From the NCBI RefSeq assembly GCF_963676685.1, contig NC_092346.1, positions 101,246,001 through 101,310,000 on the forward strand: a stretch of DNA of 64,000 nucleotides, in the 5' to 3' direction. Shown one piece after another: positions 1-14,699 of this stretch. The position numbers and the translations under genes are program-made. Under the pieces are notes generated by a model that saw only the letters and a list, made by a program, of their open reading frames with translations, did no database searches and was not told the origin of the DNA. Position 1 is the first letter of the stretch, and every line of letters begins with the position of its first letter. Origin of the DNA: Mytilus edulis (lineage: Eukaryota).

Positions 1-1734
1 CTTGGAGAAGGGGTTTTTCTTCAGATTCATACATGTTCTAACTTATAGTTTCTGTATATAATGAAATGAAAAAAAGTTTATATATACATTTTGTGTTTGT
101 GTTTGCGGGAATTATTTTTTTGCTGTTTCATAATTATAAAAATGTCCTTTATTCCATCTTTCTGTAGAAATATTATTATTAAAATGTCAATTTAATTATA
201 GATCTGTATAAATATATATTTTCTCTACTTGAAATTATATGGAGTATAACATATTACTGTTACTTTATAAAAGAATGGTGAGCTTATTTGGAACATTAAG
301 AATATCTACTGTATACAAACAAACCCTGAGTTACTGTTTAGTGCATCCACATCTTTTTTTCTTGAATTCTTTCTTCCTCTGTCCAGTTGTGATGAAGCAT
401 ACCCGATCCGATGTTGACATCAATATTTACTCTCGTGACGCAGAATTCATTTAACATTGCATACTGTAATCTAATATTTATCAAACATGGGGCACATACT
501 ATTATCTAATAACAATCAAACATGGGGCACATACTATTTTTAATCTGACCATATGATACTAGATAATAAATATCAATGTAGCCACAAAGTACCGATGTAC
601 TGAACATCGGATGACTGCAAGTTCTCTTGGATGGTCACAAGCACTTGTCTAATAAAAACAATATATCTCTATACCCGAAAATGAGGAAAAGGTACATAGA
701 TATATTTTTTTCTGAGACAAGTTCGTGTGTGGATGATGAATAAATGACAGGGAATTAAACTATTATAGTGTAGTGATATTATCATTTGTTACCAGTATAC
801 TCTGGTTTGTTGTTATATATTATAAAAGTATTTGTATACAACAGTAATATATATGTTCATCCATTTGAATACCATTATATTCTACATTCTCTGATAATAG
901 TGCAGTGCAAGAGCATGGTGGGAACTCTTCTGTAAAAATTCGTTTTTCTAATAGATTGGATTTGAGGAGCCATTCATATTTTCCCTCAAAACTGTCTTGA
1001 GATATTCTTCCGCATGCGTTAACACAAATTTTCCGTATTCTTAATTTGTTCTTGATATATGTATATTTCTAACGACAACATATGTTCATATCGTATGTTC
1101 TTAAAAATTATTTTCATGAATATTTATTGATGAAATTAATATACAACAAGCGAATGTTATTTTGCACTCGAAAATATCCGCGTAATTATACAATATACGC
1201 TTGGTTATCAGTCAAAAACGCAATTTATGTTGGTAAAAATGTATCTGGCAATACACAGGAATGACCTCACGGTCATCTGCTGTAAAAACGTCGTATGTGA
1301 ACGCGTCGTTTCAGTGCGATATTACTGTTCGTTCCATTTCCAAGATCCTCATGAAAATGTGATTAATATTCTTTTGTGCAAAACGAAATTGAAAAGTATT
1401 ATATATTTGGTAAATTCAAAAGAAATAGTAAATAAAACACAAAGATAAAAGATCAAAACAAAAGAGTAGTACAATAATCTTATCTCAGAAATAAAATAAG
1501 GTTATTTTCAAATATGCAATATTCGAGACTAAATAGCAACAATTTCGATCTTGTATTTCTGGTGACAAATAATACTGTTTTCGTTTATCTTCTCTCCTTT
1601 AGAATCAAAGCGGAAGATATCAAAGGAACATTCAAAACTCATAGGTCGTATAGAGACTGCAAACATATTTGTAAAAATATAAATAGACAAATAACATTTC
1701 ACAAGACACAAGACACTAAAACTTAAAACTAACG

Positions 1735-3108
1735 ACAAAACAACATGAACCCCACCAATAAATGGCGTGAAATCAGGAAGGATAAACAATCTTCCTTCAC
1801 AGTTATGAAAAGACATAGCAACATGAATCCGAATAACAACGGGGTGACATCAGGCAGCATAAACAATCCTGCTTCGGATGAACCCGAACACAAACCGGGG
1901 TGACATCAGAACGGATAAACAATCTTGCCTCGCATAAACACGACCAATAACCGGGGTGACATCAGGAAGGATAAACAATCCTTCTTCACGTTTATATAAA
2001 GACATAGCAACATGAACCCGGCAACAAACTGGCATGACATCAGGCAGTGTAACGAAATCTGCTTCGTATGAACCCGACCAGTAACCGGGGTGACATTAGG
2101 AAGGAAAAACAATCTTGCTTCACATTTTAAGCAGCATGAACCTGACCAACAACCATGGTGACATCAAGCAGTATAACGAATCCTGCTTCGTATGAACCCG
2201 ACCAATAACCGGGGTGACATCGGGCAGTATAAACAATCCTACTTTGCATGAACCCCACCAATAACCGGCGTGACATCAGGCAGTATAAACAATCCTGTTT
2301 TGCATGAATCCCAGCAATAACCGGTGTGACATCAGGCAGTATAAACAATCCTACTTTGCATGAACCTCACCAATAACCGGGGTGACATCAGGCAGTATAA
2401 ACAATCCTGCTGTGCATGAACCCCACCAAAAGCCGGGGTGACTTCAGACAGTATAAACAATCCTGTTTTGCATGAACCCTACCAAAAACCGGGGTGACAT
2501 CAGGCAGTATTAACAATCCTGCTTCGCATGAACTCCACCAATAACCGGGGTGCATTAGGAAGGATAAACAATCCTGCTTCACATTTTTCTAAAGACATAG
2601 CAACATGAACCTGACCAACAACCATGGTGACATCAAGCAGTATAACGAATCCTGCTTCGTATGAACCCGACCAATAACCGGAGTGACATCAGGCAGTATA
2701 AACAATCCTGCTTTGCATGAACCCCAGCAATAACCGGCGTGACATCAGGCAGTATAAACAATCCTGCTTTGCATGAACCCCACCAATAACCGGGGTGACA
2801 TCAGGCAGTATAAACAATCCTACTTTGCATGAACCCCACCAAAAACCGGGGTGACATCAGGCAGTATAAACAATCCTGCTTTGCATGAACCCTACCAATA
2901 ACCGGGGTGACATCAGGCAGTATAAACAATCCTGCTTTGCATGAACCCCACCAATAACCGGGGTGACATCAGGCAGTCTAAACAATCCTGCTTTGCATGA
3001 ACCCCACCAAAAACCGGGGAGACATCAGGCAGTATAAACAATCCTGCTTTGCATGAACCCCACCAATACCTGGGGTGACATGAGGCAGTATAAACAATCC
3101 TACTTCAC
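1735..3108. repeat. 56-bp tandem array
   Basis: Unit gcatgaaccccaccaataaccggggtgacatcaggcagtataaacaatcctgcttt, more than 20 copies, more degenerate at the left end. Confidence 0.95.
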
Positions 3109-3719
3109 ATTCATCCAACGTTTTGCTCATGGAATTTCTTTCTATAAAATATTTTAGAAAAAAAATGCAAATGATATTCGAGAAGCATTACAGAAAGGCC
3201 TTTAATGAAGTTATCGTGCCATGCCTAATGCAATCCTTTTTTTTATTGTTAGAGCAGGCTATTAATAGATTATAATTGAATCTTGAATTCAAGATTTGAA
3301 AAATTCCTTGAGGAATTATTTATAAGAATGAGAGAAGTTCACAGCCCTTACATATATGGAAAACAGATTTGTGTAATGCTATTAATACGATTTTTACTGC
3401 GCATAATATAACAGTTAAATAATTTTCCACTTAAAGTTTTAATAGTGTTCTATAACATGGAGAGAAAGTCTTTAAGGTTAGCGCTACGACTTGTGTACAT
3501 AGACATTACAAGCAACCGTTCTTTATTCGCGATTTCAATTGTGAATAATGATTTTCTTTCCCAGTGATGTAACCTTGTCTGGTCATTACTCTCATAGATT
3601 ACAGCTTAAGTTTAATAAGGCAATATATTTCCAAAGCAAAATCGCTGTCTTAGAAACTACTCAGTCTGTGTTACATTGAGATTGGACACCTTGGCGAAGT
3701 ATTGTGCTATTCCTGTCTT

Positions 3720-6700
3720 TTAATTTTGCTTATGTGCTTTTTCCATATGCCTTTTGAGTTCTTTGATACATACGCCACGGCTATGTACTCCTGTGATTGT
3801 GTTATTGTGCTATGGAAACATTTCGTATTCTTGTCTTTCATTTTTACTAATGTACTTTTGTCTATTAGCCTTTTTGTGTTTCTTTGTGAATTATAACGTG
3901 GTTCTGTACACATAAATCCCATCATTGTGTTATGGTATATTCTTGTCTTTCATTATTGCTAATTTGCTTGGTCTATATACCTTTTTGTGTTTCTTTGTGA
4001 ATTATAACGTGGCTCTGTACACATAAATCCAGTCATTGTGTTATGGTATATTCTTGTCTTTCATTATTGCTAATTTGCTTGGTCTATATACCTTTTGGTG
4101 TTTCTTTGTGAATGATAACGTGGTTCTGTACACATAAATCCCGTCATTGTGTTATGGTATATTCTTGTCTTTCATTATTGCTAATTTGCTTGGTCTATAT
4201 ACCTTTTTGTGTTTCTTTGTGAATTATAACGTGGCTCTGTACACATACATCCCGTCATTGTGTTATGGTATATTCTTGTCTTCCTTATTGCTAATTTGCT
4301 TGGTCGATATACCTTTTTGTGTTTCTTTGTGAATTATAACGTGGCTCTGTACACATAAATCCCGTCATTGTGTTATGGTATATTCTTGTCTTTCATTATT
4401 GCTAATTTGCTTGGTCTATATACCTTTTTGTGTTTCTTTGTGAATTATAACGTGGCTCTGTACACATACATCCCGTCATTGTGTTATGGTATATTCTTGT
4501 CTTCCTTATTGCTAATTTGCTTGGTCTATATACCTTTTTGTGTTCCTTTGTGAATTATAACGTGGTTCTGTACACATAAATCCCGTCATTGTGTTATGGT
4601 ATATTCTTGTCTTCCTTATTGCTAATTTGCTTGGTCTATATACCTTTTTGTGTTTCTTTGTGAATTATAACGTGGCTCTGTACACATAAATCCCGTCATT
4701 GTGTTATGGTATATTCTTGTCTTCCTTATTGCTAATTTGCTTGGTCTATATACCTTTTTGTGTTTCTTTGTGAATTATAACGTGGTTCTGTACACATAAA
4801 TCCCATCATTGTGTTATGGTATATTCTTGTCTTTCATTATTGCTAATTTGCTTGGTCTATATACCTTTTTGTGTTTCTTTGTGAATTATAACGTGGTTCT
4901 GTACACATAAATCCCGTCATTGTGTTATGGTATATTCTTGTCTTCCTTATTGTTAATTTGCTTGGTCTATATACCTTTTTGTGTTTCTTTGTGAATTATA
5001 ACGTGGCTCTGTACACATAAATCCCGTCATTGTGTTATGGTATATTCTTGTCTTCCTTATTGCTAATTTGCTTGGTCTCTATACCTTTTTGTGTTTCTTT
5101 GTGAATTATAACGTGGTTCTGTACACATAAATGCCGTCATTGTGTTATGGTATATTCTTGTCTTTCATTATTGCTAATTTGCTTGGTCTATATACCTTTT
5201 TGTGTTTCTTTGTGAATTATAACGTGGTTCTGTAAACATACATCCCGTCATTGTGTTATGGTATATTCTTGTCTTTCATTATTGCTAATTTGCTTGGTCT
5301 ATATACCTTTTTGTGTTTCTTTGTGAATTATAACGTGGCTCTGTACACATACATCCCGTCATTGTGTTATGGTATATTCTTGTCTTCCTTATTGCTAATT
5401 TGCTTGGTCTATATACCTTTTTGTGTTTCTTTGTGAATTATAACGTGGCTCTGTACACATAAATCCCGTCATTGTGTTATGGTATATTCTTGTCTTTCAT
5501 TATTGCTAATTTGCTTGTTCTATATACCTTTTTGTGTTTCTTTGTGAATTATAACGTGGCTCTGTACACATACATCCCGTCATTGTGTTATGGTATATTC
5601 TTGTCTTCCTTATTGCTAATTTGCTTGGTCTATATACCTTTTTGTGTTTCTTTGTCAATTATAACGTGGTTCTGTACACATAAATCCCGTCATTGTGTTA
5701 TGGTATATTCTTGTCTTCCTTATTGTTAATTTGCTTGGTCTATATACCTTTTTGTGTTTCTTTGTGAATTATAACGTGGCTCTGTACACATAAATCCCGT
5801 CATTGTGTTATGGTATATTCTTGTCTTCCTTATTGCTAATTTGCTTGGTCTATATACCTTTTTGTGTTTCTTTGTGAATTATAACGTGGTTCTGTACACA
5901 TAAATCCCGTCATTGTGTTATGGTATATTCTTGTCTTTCATTATTGCTAATTTGCTTGGTCTATATACCTTTTTGTGTTTCTTTGTTAATTATAACGTGG
6001 TTCTGTACACATACATCCCGTCATTGTGTTATGGTATATTCCTGTCTTTCATTATTGCTTATTTGCTTGGTCTATATACCTTTTGGTGTTTCTTTGTGAA
6101 TTATAACGTGGCTCTGTACACATACATCCCGTCATTGTGTTATGGTATATTCTTGTCTTCCTTATTGCTAATTTGCTTGGTCTATATACCTTTTTGTGTT
6201 TCTTTGTGAATTATAACGTGGTTCTGTACACATACATCCCGTCATTGTGTTATGGTATATTCTTGTCTTCCTTATTGCTAATTTGCTTGGTCTATATACC
6301 TTTTTGTGTTTCTTTGTGAATTATAACGTGGCTCTGTACACATAAATCCCGTCATTGTGTTATGGTATATTCTTGTCTTCCTTATTGCTAATTTGCTTGG
6401 TCTATATACCTTTTTCTGTTTCTTTGTGAATTATAACGTGGTTCTGTACACATAAATCCCATCATTGTGTTATGGTATATTCTTGTCTTTCATTATTGCT
6501 AATTTGCTTGGTCTATATACCTTTTTGTGTTTCTTTGTTAATTATAACGTGGTTCTGTACACATACATCCCGTCATTGTGTTATGGTATATTCTTGTCTT
6601 TCATTATTGCTAATTTGTTTGGTCTATATACCTTTTTGTGTTTCTTTGTTAATTATAACGTGGTTCTGTACACATACATCCCGTCATTGTGTTATGGTAT

Positions 6701-8208
6701 ATTCTTGTCTTTCATTATTGCTAATTTGCTTGGTCTATATACCTTTTTGTGTTTCTTTGTTAATTATAACGTGGTTCTGTACACATACATCCCGTCATTG
6801 TGTTATGGTATATTCTTGTCTTTCATTATTGCTAATTTGCTTGGTCTATATACCTTTTTGTGTTTCTTTGTGAATTATAACGTGGTTCTGTACACATAAA
6901 TCCCGTCATTGTGTTATGGTATATTCTTGTCTTTCATTATTGCTAATTTGTTTGGTCTATATACCTTTTTGTGTTTCTTTGTGAATTATAACGTGGTTCT
7001 GTACACATACATCCCGTCATTGTGTTATGGTATATTCTTGTCTTCCTTATTGCTAATTTGTTTGGTCTATATACCTTTTGGTGTTTCTTTGTTAATTATA
7101 ACGTGGTTCTGCACACATACATCCCGTCATTGTGTTATGGTATATTTTTGTCTTCCTTATTGCTAATTTGTTTGGTCTATATACCTTTTGGTGTTTCTTT
7201 GTGAATTATAACGTGGCTCTGTACACATACATCCCGTCATTGTGTTATGGTATATTCTTGTCTTTCATTATTGCTAATTTGTTTGGTCTATATACCTTTT
7301 TGTGTTTCTTTGTGAATTATAACGTGGCTCTGTACACATAAATCCTGTCATTGTGTTATGGTATATTCTTGTCTTCCTTATTGCTAATTTGTTTGGTCTA
7401 TATACCTTTTGGTGTTTCTTTGTGAATTATAACGTGGCTCTGTACACATAAATCCCGTCATTGTGTTATGGTATATTCTTGTCTTCCTTATTGCAAATTT
7501 GTTTGGTCTATATACCTTTTGTGTTTCTTTGTGAATTATAACGTGGCTCTGTACACATACATCCCGTCATTGTGTTATGGTATATTCTTGTCTTCCTTAT
7601 TGCTAATTTGTTTGGTCTATATACCTTTTGGTGTTTCTTTGTGAATTATAACGTGGCTCTGTACACATAAATCCCGTCATTGTGTTATGGTATATTCTTG
7701 TCTTCCTTATTGCTAATTTGTTTGGTCTATATACCTTTTGGTGTTTCTTTGTGAATTATAACGTGGCTCTGTACACATAAATCCCGTCATTGTGTTATGG
7801 TATATTCTTGTCTTCCTTATTGCTAATTTGTTTGGTCTATATACCTTTTGGTGTTTCTTTGTTACATGTTTGTTTGTTTTATAATGATTAAGTTAATAAC
7901 ACAATGTTGACTGCTGTACCCCAATTTTTTACATTTTTACTTATTGTGTCTGTTTATTTTGTTCACAAATCGTTGTTAATATAATGGAGTTTTGTGCGAT
8001 TGTCGTATAAGTGAGAGGTTTAGCTAACTATAAAACCAGGTTTAAACCACCATTTTCTATGTAAGAAAATGCCTCTTCCAAGTCAGGAATATGACAGTTG
8101 TTATCCATTCTTTTGATGTGTTTGAGCTTTTGAGTTTGCCATTTGATTAGGGACTTCACGTTTTGAATTTTCCTCGGAGTTCAGTATTTTTGTGATTATT
8201 CTTTTTAC
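3720..8208. mobile_element. non-autonomous interspersed element hosting the 110-bp satellite
   Basis: 7864-8208 matches 45465-45795, 52290-52895 and (reverse) 51895-52097; the left flank tgcttatgtgcttt matches about 45412. Confidence 0.65.
3800..7863. repeat. 110/111-bp satellite array (about 36 copies) inside a dispersed element
   Basis: Unit ...gtgaattataacgtggttctgtacacataaatcccgtcattgtgttatggtatattcttg...; its flanks match the element at 45395-45795. Confidence 0.95.
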
Positions 8209-8411
8209 TCGTAGCTAGCACGTTGAGCCCCGGACACATCGTAAAGGTAAAAAATGAGGGATTTTGACCTTAATTTAATAGTGGAGATTGATACAAAAAT
8301 CATCAAAAAAAATGTACGTTGTTGAACAATTTAACCATGAACCACAGCCGACAAAAAAGTGTATCTCTATTATAAATAACAGTATTAATTTTAACTGCTT
8401 ATAAACAACTG

Positions 8412-8496
8412 TTATGAATATTGACTTGAAGCTTTTTCTGTGGTTGAAATCAAATAAGTTTTTTCTTCGTGCCTCCTTTGTCCTACTATATGAACA
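8412..8496 (-). CDS. paralog A terminal exon (CVHIVGQRRHEEKTYLISTTEKASSQYS*)
   Basis: Acceptor tatttctattacag|, phase-2 compatible with exon 3, basic cluster like the paralog tails, TAA stop. Confidence 0.7.
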
Positions 8497-10177
8497 CTGT
8501 AATAGAAATATAAAAAATAGTCAGTATAGTTGCCTTAATTGGTTTTCGTGGGTTGGGAATTGTGAGGTTTGAGTTTTGCTTTGTTTTGCTTTATCTAATT
8601 ATATAATGATAAGGGAACGCACCAATTGTCATTACTTGTGTTCTATGCTAAGCGATAGGAACATAAAGTTTTGTAATGCATATTGTAATTAAAAATCCGT
8701 TAAAATTTCAACTTTGAGCATATCAACTGACGTTGGTACGAGTAAAAAAGAGAAAATTTGAGTTGTTGGATTGTACCCATATGTTGTTTTATTTTTTAGA
8801 ATGGTTGGGGTTTTTTTTTATTTCAACAAGCAGATAATATTTCAGTTGGTTCAAAAATTGCACACTGCCTGTTTTTATATCAAGTTGTTGGATTGCAAGT
8901 TTAAATATACTGAGGATGTCTTGTCAATCACATTTAAAAGAATGCTTCAATCTCGTACATACAAGTGAGTTTGCTTTACAAAAACTACCAAAACTAGAAG
9001 GACGGCTTTATGTATGTATTTGTGCTCTTAAAATTGACAGTAATTGACAACTTTAAGTAGGATGTGCATAATGATATGGAAAATGTGATGATTTCAATTT
9101 TCACATTATAAACATCACTCATCCCAGTAATTATATAAATGAAGAGGTGTTATGATTGCCGATGAGACAACTCTTTACAAAAGACCAAATGGCACAAAAA
9201 ATAACAGCTATAGGTCATCGTACGGCCTTAAATAATGAGCAAAGTCAGCTATAAAAGGGTGCATTCTTTTGGGTCCATCGTTTTTTTATTAACATGTCTT
9301 AATTGTGCTTAATGCATGTACATTCACAGCAAAAGATCTTTCATTGTCGACATCCAAACTCTCTCTGTTTGCTATCGTTCAAATATCTCAGATTTTTCTC
9401 TCGTTTGTTTTTTAAGAATTGATTACCGAGTTTTTCATCAAAAACTACGTTTACCTCTCATTCACTTTTGTTTTACATTAAGATATACAACATGACAATG
9501 CCATATTGGACTACACAAAAATGAATGTTGATGCAACATCTACTTTTAAAATCTATACAAGCACAACCCAAGCCCAAAACAGCTCACCTATCCATGATAA
9601 TATAATATCTACTATTACAAAAAACATCAACGAATATCGTACAGACTCATGAAAGAGCAACATCTTCTTTTAAACAACAATTTCACGACAAGCATACCGA
9701 CTCATGACATAGCAATATCTTTCTTTACGAAACAAATTCCTTCAACGCATTGTCATAAGAACAGCGCATAACCAACCACCCCAAACCAATTCTAATCACA
9801 TAAAACAATACCATCAACAGTTTATACAGCCAACATAAAACAGTATCAACAAAAACAATACAAAAAACTGCAAATCTAGCCATTATCAAACAGTAACACC
9901 AACAGCTAACCAGTCAACATAAAAACAAAAAGGAACAATTGCTTACCATGACAAAACGAAACAATAACACCAACTGCATATCCAGCCAACATAAAACAAT
10001 ACCAACAACTGTATACCAAGACAACATAAAACTATAACATCAAAAGTATATCTAGCCAACATAAAACAATACCAACAACTACATACACAGCCAACATAAA
10101 ACAATATCAACAACAGCATAATGTGAACCCAAATCAATACTAACCTACATAAAAACAAAAACAAAACAAAAAAGAAA

Positions 10178-13100
10178 CCAGCCATAACAGATCAAAACTT
10201 TCCAACACAAGACAATACCAACAACAACATACCCAGCTATCACAGATAAAAACTTACCAACACAAGACAATACCAACAACAACATACCCAGCCATCACAG
10301 ATAAAAACTTACCAACACAAGACAATACCAATAACAGCATACCCAGCCATCACAGATAAAAACTTACCAACACAAGACAATACCAATAACAGCATACCCA
10401 GCCATCACAGATAAAAACTTACCAACACAAGACAATACCAATAACAGCATACCCAGCCATCACAGATAAAAACTTACCAACACAAGACAATACCAATAAC
10501 AGCATACCCAGCCATCATAGATAAAAACTTACCAACACAAGACAATACCAATAACAGCATACCCAGCCATCACAGATAAAAACTAACCAACACAAGACAA
10601 TACCAATAACAGCATACCCAGCCATCACAGATAAAAACTTACCAACACAAGACAATACCAATAACAGCATACCCAGCCATCACAGATAAAAACTTACCAA
10701 CACAATACAATACCAATAACAGCATACCCAGCCATCACAGATAAAAACTTACCAACACAAGACAATACCAATAACAGCATACCCAGCCATCACAGATAAA
10801 AACTTACCAACACAATACAATACCAATAACAGCATACCATGCCATCACAGATAAAACTTACCAACGCAAGACAATACCAATAACAGCATACCCAGCCATC
10901 ACAGATAAAAACTTACCAACACAAGACAATACCAATAACAGCATACCCAGCCATCACAGATAAAAACTTACCAACACAAGACAATACCAATAACAGCATA
11001 CCCAGCTATCACAGATGAAAACTTACCAACACAAGACAATACCAATAACAGCATACCCAGCCATCACAGATAAAAACTTACCAACACAAGACAATACCAA
11101 TAACAGCATACCCAGCTATCACAGATGAAAACTTACCAACACAATACAATACCAATAACAGCATACCAACACAAGACAATACCAATAACAGCATACCCAG
11201 CCATCACAGATTTATATAATAGTTCTTGAAAAACTGGTAATTATCGTGATATATGGACTGCCCACAGGACAGTGATATTGACTAAGATAGTGATAATGAC
11301 TGAGCCGAAGGCAAGGTCATTATCGCTGTCGCAGCCAATACCACTGTCCTACGGGCAGTCCATATATCACGATAATGACCAGTTTTCAAGAACTATTATG
11401 TTTATTTCATTGAGAAACCATGATTTGGAAAATTCGCATAATTTTAAAATGCCTGAAGCAAACTCGATTTGTCGTATTATTTTTATGACAAAGAGTTAAG
11501 ACCAGTCGTTGTAATACGGCCATTCATTTTAGTGCAATTTTCCAGTTCATATATAAATACTTAATCAAGTTCTTTATAATTTTATAATTAAGAAAACATA
11601 TAATAAACAATTCAACAACTTAAATATAATATTGAAAACAGGAAAATCTCTCTTTTAAACAGAAAAACCACGCTCCACCAGTCATTAGCAGAGAAACCAC
11701 GCCCCAACGTTCATTATCAGACGGCAACCACGCCCCAACGGTCATTATCAGACGGAAACCACGCCCCACCGGTCATTATCATGTAAAAGTTTGTTAACCA
11801 CCGGTTTCCTGGTCCGTTTTGTTCTGTTAATGACCGATTGAATTTATCACTGAAGAATAATGAATGTCATGTGGCCCATTTTTATCCAATAATAAATGCT
11901 TATTCTTAACCGATATGAAATAAAAAAAACTTACCAACACAAGACAATACCAATAACAGCATACCCAGCCATCACAGATAAAAACTTACCAACACAAGAC
12001 AATACCAATAACAGCATACCCAGCCATCACAGATAAAAACTTACCAACACAAGACAATACCAATAACAGCATACCCAGCCATCACAGATAAAAACTTACC
12101 AACACAATACAATACCAATAACAGCATACCATGCCATCACAGATAAAAACTTACCAACACAAGACAATACCAATAACAGCATACCCAGCCATCACAGATA
12201 AAAACGTACCAACACAATACAATACCAATAACAGCATACCAAGCCATCACAGATAAAAACTTACCAACACAAGACAATACCAATAACAGCATACCCAGCC
12301 ATCACAGATAAAAATTTACCAACACAAGACAATACCAATAACAGCATACCCAGCCATCACAGATAAAAACTTACCAACACAAGACAATACCAATAACAGC
12401 ATACCCAGCCATCAATAACAGAATACCCAGCCATCACAGATAAAAACTTACCAACACAAGACAATACCAATAACAGCATATCCAGTCATCACAGATAAAA
12501 ACTTACCAACACAATACAATACCAATAAGAGCATACCCAGCCATCACAGATAAAAACTTACCAACACAATACAATACCAATAACAGCATACCCAGCCATC
12601 ACAGATAAAAACTTACCAACACAAGACAATACCAATAACAGCATACCCAGCCATCACAGATAAAAACTTACCAACACAAGACAATACCAATAACAACATA
12701 CCCAGCCATCACAGATAAAAACTTACCAACACAAGACAATACCAATAACAGCATACCCAGCCATCACAGATAAAAACTTACCAACACAAGACAATACCAA
12801 TAACAGCATACCCAGCCATCACAGATAAAAACTTACCAACACAAGACAATACCAATAACAGCATACCCAGCCATCACAGATAAAAACTTACCAACACAAG
12901 ACAATACCAATAACAGCATACCCAGCCATCACAGATAAAAACTTACCAACTCAAGACAATACCAATAACAGCATACCTAGCCATCACAGATAAAAACTTA
13001 CCAACAGAAGACAATACCAATAACAGCATACCCAGCCATCACAGATAAAAACTTACCAACACAATACAATACCAACAACAGCATACCCAGCCATCACAGA

Positions 13101-14474
13101 TAAAAACTTACCAACACAATACAATACCAACAACAGCATACCCAGCCATCACAGATAAAAACTTACCAACACAATACAATACCAATAACAGCATACCCAG
13201 CCATCACAGATAAACACTTACCAACACAATACAATACCAAATAACAGCATACCCAGCCATCACAGATAAACACTTACCAACACAAGACAATACCAATAAC
13301 AGCATACCCAGCCATCACAGATAAAAACTTACCAACACAAGACAATACCAATAACAGCATACCCAGCCATCACAGATAAAAACTTACCAACACAATACAA
13401 TACCAATAACAGCATACCCAGCCATCACAGATAAAAACTTACCAACACAATACAATACCAATAACAGCATACCCAGCCATCACAGATAAAAACTTACCAA
13501 CACAAGACAATACCAATAACAGCATACCCAGCCATCACAGATAAATACTTACCAACACAATACAATACCAATAACAGCATACCCAGCCATCACAGATAAA
13601 AACTTACCAACAGAAGACAATACCAATAACAGCATACCCAGCCATCACAGATAAAAACTTACCAACACAATACAATACCAATAACAGCATACCCAGCCAT
13701 CACAGATAAAAACTTACCAACACAAGACAATACCAACAACAGCATACCCAGCCATCACAGATAAAAACTTACCAACACAATACAATACCAACAACAGCAT
13801 ACCCAGCCATCACAGATAAAAACTTACCAACACAATACAATACCAATAACAGCATACCCAGCCATCACAGATAAAAACTTACCAACACAATACAATACCA
13901 ATAACAGCATACCCAGCCATCACAGATAAACACTTACCAACACAGTACAATACCAATAACAGCATACCCAGCCATCACAGATAAACACTTACCAACACAA
14001 GACAATACCAATAGCAGCATACCCAGCCATCACAGATAAAAACTTAACAACATAAGACAATACCAATAACAGCATACCCAGCCATCACAGATAAAAACTT
14101 ACCAACACAATACAATACCAATAACAGCATACCCAGCCATCACAGATAAAAACTTACCAACACAATACAATACCAATAACAGCATACCCAGCCATCACAG
14201 ATAAAAACTTACCAACACAAGACAATACCAATAACAGCATACCCAGCCATCACAGATAAATACTTACCAACACAATACAATACCAATAACAGCATACCCA
14301 GCCATCACAGATAAAAACTTACCAACACAAGACAATACCAATAACAGCATACCCAGCCATCACAGATAAAAACTTACCAACACAATACAATACCAATAAC
14401 AGCATACCCAGCCATCACAGATAAAAACTTACCAACACAATACAATACCAATAACAGCATACCCAGCCATCACA
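10178..14474 (-). repeat. 55-bp satellite derived from the gene A exon-3/donor junction (about 65 copies)
   Basis: Minus-strand unit tgtgatggctgggtatgctgttattggtattgtcttgtgttg|GTAAGTttttatc, contiguous with the real exon 3 and interrupted at 11212-11924. Confidence 0.95.
11212..11924. mobile_element. non-autonomous element with a terminal palindrome of about 180 bp (Crypton-like architecture)
   Basis: Inverted arms 11217-11280 and 11336-11398, loop gagccgaaggcaag, tttatttca/tgaaataaa inverted pair, four internal 31-bp repeats. It inserts cleanly into one satellite unit. The family assignment is tentative. Confidence 0.7.
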
Positions 14475-14589
14475 AAGAATGTGAATCCTTTGTAAATGTC
14501 TACTGTGGCGTCATAAACAGCATTAGCCAAAAGAGAGCTTGCCATGTTACATATAAACTCGATGGCGGCAATTCCAGCAAAAACGGAAC
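14433..14589 (-). CDS. paralog A exon 3 (GSVFAGIAAIEF...AVIGIVLC)
   Basis: 157 nt, ttttag|...TG|gtaagt, same length as exon 3 in all four paralogs. Confidence 0.9.
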
Positions 14590-14699
14590 CTAAAATATAC
14601 CACAAATACATTACATAATATACAAATAAACAACAGAAATATCATCAAAAGAAAATCAAAATCTTGTTAAACCAAGAGTTTAAAGTGGTGAAGTTGTAA

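Noticed and set aside
4147-7341. Series of hydrophobic ORFs (MCYGIFLS...)
   Set aside because: Translations of the T-rich 110-bp satellite.
10178-14474. CRISPR-like regular array
   Set aside because: No unique spacers and no cas genes; eukaryotic context with spliceosomal introns.
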